Sequence record: DRR378314_2167
Length of the DNA stretch: 42,347 nt
Reading direction: 5' to 3' (one strand)
The notes under the pieces are model-generated. The model worked only from the letters and a program-made list of their open reading frames with translations. It was not told the origin of the DNA and made no database searches. This document shows, piece by piece, positions 40,911 through 42,347 of this stretch. How positions within the stretch are numbered: position 1 is the first letter of the stretch; every line of letters begins with the position of its first letter. Both the position numbers and the translations under genes were made by a program.

Positions 40911-42347
40911 TGCAGGACAATGCGATGGCCCTGTCACGCCGCTTCCTTGGGCTGAGCGCCGACAAGCGCCGGGTGTTCCTTCGCAGACTGCAGGAGCAGG
41001 GGCTGGACCTGTCGTCCCTGCCGATCCCTTCGGGCATGGCCGGCGAGGCCAGCCCTGCCTCGTTCGCACAGCAGCGGTTATGGTTTATCGACCAGTTGGA
41101 GCCGGGTAACACGGCTTATCACCTGCCCGGCGCCATTCGTCTCAACGGTCCGCTGGATATAGGGGCTGTGCAGACCGCCTTCGATACCCTGGCGCACCGC
41201 CATCACAGCCTGCGGACCACTTTCCGCGCCGACGAAAACGGTGAGCCGCTGCAGGTGGTGGGCCCGGTGGTACCGATCGATATCCCGCAACTGAGCGCCG
41301 ACAGCGAAGCGGCATTTCGCGCCCAGCTCATGGACATTGCGCAGCAACCCTTCGACTTGGCTGCTGGCCCGCTCTGGCGGGTGGCGTTGGTGCGGGTGGC
41401 GGAACACGACCATCGCCTGGTGCTGTGCCTGCATCACATCATTGCCGATGGCTGGTCGATCCAGGTGCTGCTGACCGAGTTTGCCCAATGCTATCGCGCC
41501 GCCCTGGCGGGCGAGGTGGCCGACCTGCCGTCGTTGCCCCTGCAATACGCGGACGTGGCCCTATGGCAACGCCGTGGCCTTGAGGCAGGCGCCGGAGAAG
41601 TGGACCTCGACTACTGGACGCGGCAGTTGGGCGATGAGCCGCCGGTGCTGGAATTGCCGACCGATCGGCCCCGGCCCGCGCAGCAGTCTTTCCGGGGCGG
41701 ACGTTATCACGTCACGTTCGACGACACCTTGGCCAACGCGCTGAACGCCCTGGCGCGATCCCACGGAACGACTTTCTTCACCGTCATGTTGGCGGCCTAC
41801 AAGGTGCTGCTGCAGCGGCTGAGCGGCCAGACTGATTTGAGTGTGGGCGTGCCCATTGCCGGGCGGGAACGGGCAGAGCTGGAAGGGCTGATCGGCTTTT
41901 TCGTGAATACCCAGGTGCTTCGCAGCGATGTGTTCGGCGGCGATGGATTCACAACGCTACTGTCCCGCGAGCACGAGGTCGCCCGGCGGGCCCAGGCGCA
42001 CCAGGCATTGCCATTCGAACACCTGGTGGACCAGCTGCAACCGGAGCGTAGCCTGAGCCACAATCCGTTGTTCCAGGTGCTCTATAACCACCAGCAGCGC
42101 GATGGCGAGTGCTTTGACCTGGCCCCTGGCCTGACCGCAGAACTGCTCGCACAGGACGCCGGCGCCGCCCAGTTTGACCTGGCGCTTCACACCTGGAGCT
42201 TCCCGGACGGTCGCGTGGGCGGTAACTGGAACTACGCGGCGGATCTGTTCGATGGGGAAACGGTGGAGCGGATACACCGTCGATTCGAATGCCTGCTCCG
42301 GCAGATTGTGGCAGACCCGCAGCAGTCGGTGGGCGACTATGACCTGC
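40910..42347 (+). CDS. Second NRPS, N-terminal part (docking helix plus C domain); truncated by window end
   Basis: ATG overlaps the previous [18 protein letters not shown]..., [18 protein letters not shown]; missing from the ORF track because there is no stop. Confidence 0.93.
   Translation, partial: MQDNAMALSRRFLGLSADKRRVFLRRLQEQGLDLSSLPIPSGMAGEASPASFAQQRLWFIDQLEPGNTAYHLPGAIRLNGPLDIGAVQTAFDTLAHRHHSLRTTFRADENGEPLQVVGPVVPIDIPQLSADSEAAFRAQLMDIAQQPFDLAAGPLWRVALVRVAEHDHRLVLCLHHIIADGWSIQVLLTEFAQCYRAALAGEVADLPSLPLQYADVALWQRRGLEAGAGEVDLDYWTRQLGDEPPVLELPTDRPRPAQQSFRGGRYHVTFDDTLANALNALARSHGTTFFTVMLAAYKVLLQRLSGQTDLSVGVPIAGRERAELEGLIGFFVNTQVLRSDVFGGDGFTTLLSREHEVARRAQAHQALPFEHLVDQLQPERSLSHNPLFQVLYNHQQRDGECFDLAPGLTAELLAQDAGAAQFDLALHTWSFPDGRVGGNWNYAADLFDGETVERIHRRFECLLRQIVADPQQSVGDYDL

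Noticed and set aside
1-42347. CRISPR array, IS element or rRNA
   Set aside because: No spaced direct repeats, transposase or rRNA-like sequence seen by eye

Overview
GC-rich gammaproteobacterial chromosome segment; gene order and protein sequences look Marinobacter-like (inference). Three parts. (1) 1-23500, mostly housekeeping: rpsR 3' end, DUF2232 membrane protein, rplI, dnaB, alr, a degenerate RmlD-like SDR, fnr/anr, fabB, Mpo1/DUF962, AraC, ylqF, Spy/CpxP, an MMPL transporter, an MCP, lipA, metY, oppABCDF and a VOC protein. (2) 23554-27102, a visibly AT-rich ~3.5 kb island bounded by a 45-bp direct repeat of the 3' half of a tRNA-Met(CAT). It carries an apparently complete Ec48-like (type IV) retron (structured ncRNA region, RT, two-TM effector), a 72-aa four-repeat orphan, the 3' stub of a tyrosine integrase and a 148-aa membrane-anchored orphan. 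It reads as a prophage reduced to its accessory cargo and is the most interesting part of the window. (3) 27349-end, the start of a Fur-regulated lipopeptide siderophore cluster: PvdS/OrbS-like ECF sigma, PvdE-like exporter, ornithine N5-oxygenase, a FAAL-ACP-C-A(Asp)-PCP-E-C-A(Dab)-PCP NRPS and a second NRPS cut off by the window end, consistent with a marinobactin-type product. All family calls come from motif recognition; no searches or folding programs were run.
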